A DNA stretch of 63,901 nt, the filler included, from Phoronis australis (lineage: Eukaryota; Animalia; Phoronida), in the NCBI GenBank assembly GCA_002633005.1. It is 11 parts of 11 records of this genome, joined end to end, with 100 filler letters (N's around TTAATTAATTAA, not from the genome) between each part and the next. Parts side by side here need not be neighbours in the genome. Positions count along the whole stretch, not along the records: positions 58,887 to 62,723 come from NMRA01002813.1; positions 62,824 to 63,901 come from NMRA01001945.1; 9 more parts are not named here. One strand, given 5' to 3'. The position numbers and the translations under genes are program-made. Of this stretch, positions 61,709-63,901 are shown piece after piece (the first letter of the stretch is position 1; each line of letters begins with the position of its first letter). Under the pieces are notes generated by a model, which worked only from the letters and a program-made list of their open reading frames with translations, ran no database searches and was not told the DNA's origin.

Positions 61709-63901
61709 CTTAAAAAATAACAAGGTGTTCTTAACCCAAGTATAAGCAGGTAGGTTCACGATGCAAACATCAGTTAGAAATCAACATAAACCTAAAGGAT
61801 ATGGCAAAGTGAAAAAAACAAAACAAAACAAAAACAAAATTAAATCAGAGGGGTAGTGAAATATCTTATTTTTGAGAATAAGCTAGATGTATCCAACGTG
61901 GGGTGGGGGAGGGAGGGTGGGGAGGGTGGGGGGGTGTCGCAAAACCCTTATGGTACACATGGTAAAGGGACTGCTTTTCAGGCTGCAGAAGCATAGCACG
62001 CATCATGTGCTTTGGCTATCTTTTCAGCAGCTTTGGGACATGAGGGTTATCTTTTTACCATAGCCACAGCATAGGTTTTTCCAACGAAGCATTTCACGCG
62101 TTCAAGATCTCAAAACAACACAAAGGTAACTTCAGATCGCGCCATTATACACTTGCACTGTGGGCCATCCTTTTAGGTTTTTTACTTTAACTTGCAGTTT
62201 TTAAGATGCCCCAGACAATGTGACTGAAGGCTTTTTAAGGTCTATAAAACAGTTCCTAAATGAGCAATGAATTTGTTTTATTTTCACAAAGAGTCGATTT
62301 TAAGGTTATTTAGGACCCTAGAACAATTTAGAAACGCAGCGTTTCTGAGATTTCATCTTGAACATTTATATCAAACTCGACTTGGTTATGCAATTGATAC
62401 ATATTTTCTAGTATGAATGAACCTTTCTTTTTTGCTAAATATTACTGCAAAGGCATGGCCCAATTAATGGCAGATTGTTAAAAAGTTAAAAACCAAATTC
62501 TAAAAGCTTTTCTGCCCCCACAAATTATATACTTTCACAAAGTTAAAAATCTATAGGTTTGCAGATATTTGACAAAATGCCAGGATTTCTTGATAAGGTG
62601 CTATATAAATAACACTGTCACTCACTTTCAAAATCACGCAACAAATTTTTCGCAGAAATTCCTAGTGTTCTATTCACTTTTCCAACTCGTACGAGTGTGG
62701 CCTTTTTATTGACAGTTTCACCANNNNNNNNNNNNNNNNNNNNNNNNNNNNNNNNNNNNNNNNNNNNTTAATTAATTAANNNNNNNNNNNNNNNNNNNNN
62801 NNNNNNNNNNNNNNNNNNNNNNNAAAAAAGAGGGCGACAAATGACTCCACTTGGCTGTCACATGACAAAGAGGGTTCCTGAACTTTTGTGTTCCCAAAAA
62901 AGTGTTTTCTCTATGTCAAAAACCTTAGTCAGTTTTCGCTGGAAAATCGGCGTGCCTAGCAAGATTTCTCTAACTTCTTCGAAGTATGTAAAAACAAGAG
63001 TACGACTTTAAGTGCGTCTGGATGATCCTTACTGCACATTTTTTTAAAAACTGGGATTCCCTTATAAAAATGTCCTGGCCAGGGTCCCCAAAGGTTCCAG
63101 ATACAATGTTCTTTAAATTGGTCTCTATTCTATATGCTTCACCGAGACTTTCTTGTCTCATTTGCTCTCATTTACCACGCCCCGCACCCTACGCCTATGC
63201 ATGCCGATCATAATTACTACGGGCAGGGTTAGCACTTCCGGTCCCCGTCCACTTCATACCTCTGTGTAGGGTGCTCGAGTCACAGTTTAAGATGGCAGAT
63301 ATAAAATTCATAAGTTTATTTACTGTAATTTAGTTAACGTTATCCATATAGGTGGCGCTGGCGGTGTTACACTACGTTTTGGTTAATGTACTAAATTAAC
63401 AACAGATCTCGCTTTTTTATTGAGTTGTTACACAGAACTGGATTCAATTATTCCTCTTTCATCCACACACAATTACAAAGCATAGGTACCTTTTACACGA
63501 AGCTCACACACTCTATTCTGACGTCGGAATCTCCCGATTAATTCCTTGTACCGCCCACATTCATCGAACTGTCTGATTCGAGCGACAGCGTGTCTGTGTC
63601 AGCCAGTGACGCACAATCAGCAGAGTCAATCATTGGCAAATGATGGAAATAAGTCTCATTCATTTTCGGCGTGTCGGGGGGTTACAGGTTGGTTAAAGTA
63701 TCGTGTAAGTCTACAATAAATTTCAGAAACCTGAAAACTTAAAGAGACTATATCCCTTCTTCTGTCACTAATTCATCTCTTGATTTAAACCATTTACCGT
63801 TATTTAGTAGGTCACTCTTATTTTTTAATTTCACAAGACTTGAAAACAACGGACTATTTGCAAGTAGGGGGAGCTATCAAATCTCGGCACTCTGTTTTTC
63901 A

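Noticed and set aside
63490-63730. Minus-strand exon-like segment with acceptor and donor
   Set aside because: No single open frame reaches the donor. It could be UTR but is unsupported.

Overview
AT-rich, intron-containing animal DNA, probably an invertebrate given its repeat content. The window is not one locus: eleven unrelated contigs are joined by an artificial 100-bp linker (44 N + TTAATTAATTAA + 44 N). Most ORFs in the supplied track are noise. The real genes were found by reading short exons between canonical splice sites and checking phase. They are USF (minus) head-to-head with SRPRA (plus); a five-exon minus-strand gene with a UBE2Q-like E2 domain whose catalytic Cys appears replaced; one SETD6 exon facing four METTL9 exons; a probable SOWAH-like exon with a 22-nt micro-exon; a class-V aminotransferase/cysteine-desulfurase-like gene starting MGCxxS; and four CDK14 (PFTAIRE) exons. 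The rest is transposon-derived: a 5'-truncated Tx1/L1-clade LINE with poly(A) and a perfect 13-bp TSD, decayed CR1/L2 LINEs, BEL/Pao gag, a Ginger2/NOL4-like exon, a hAT-like non-autonomous family in three copies, MITEs, foldbacks and several minisatellites. No prokaryotic systems, CRISPR arrays, rRNA or convincing tRNA genes were seen. Family assignments rest on motif recognition from memory, not on database searches. I found no clearly new multi-gene system. The best leads are the pseudo-E2 gene and the N-acylated desulfurase-like gene.
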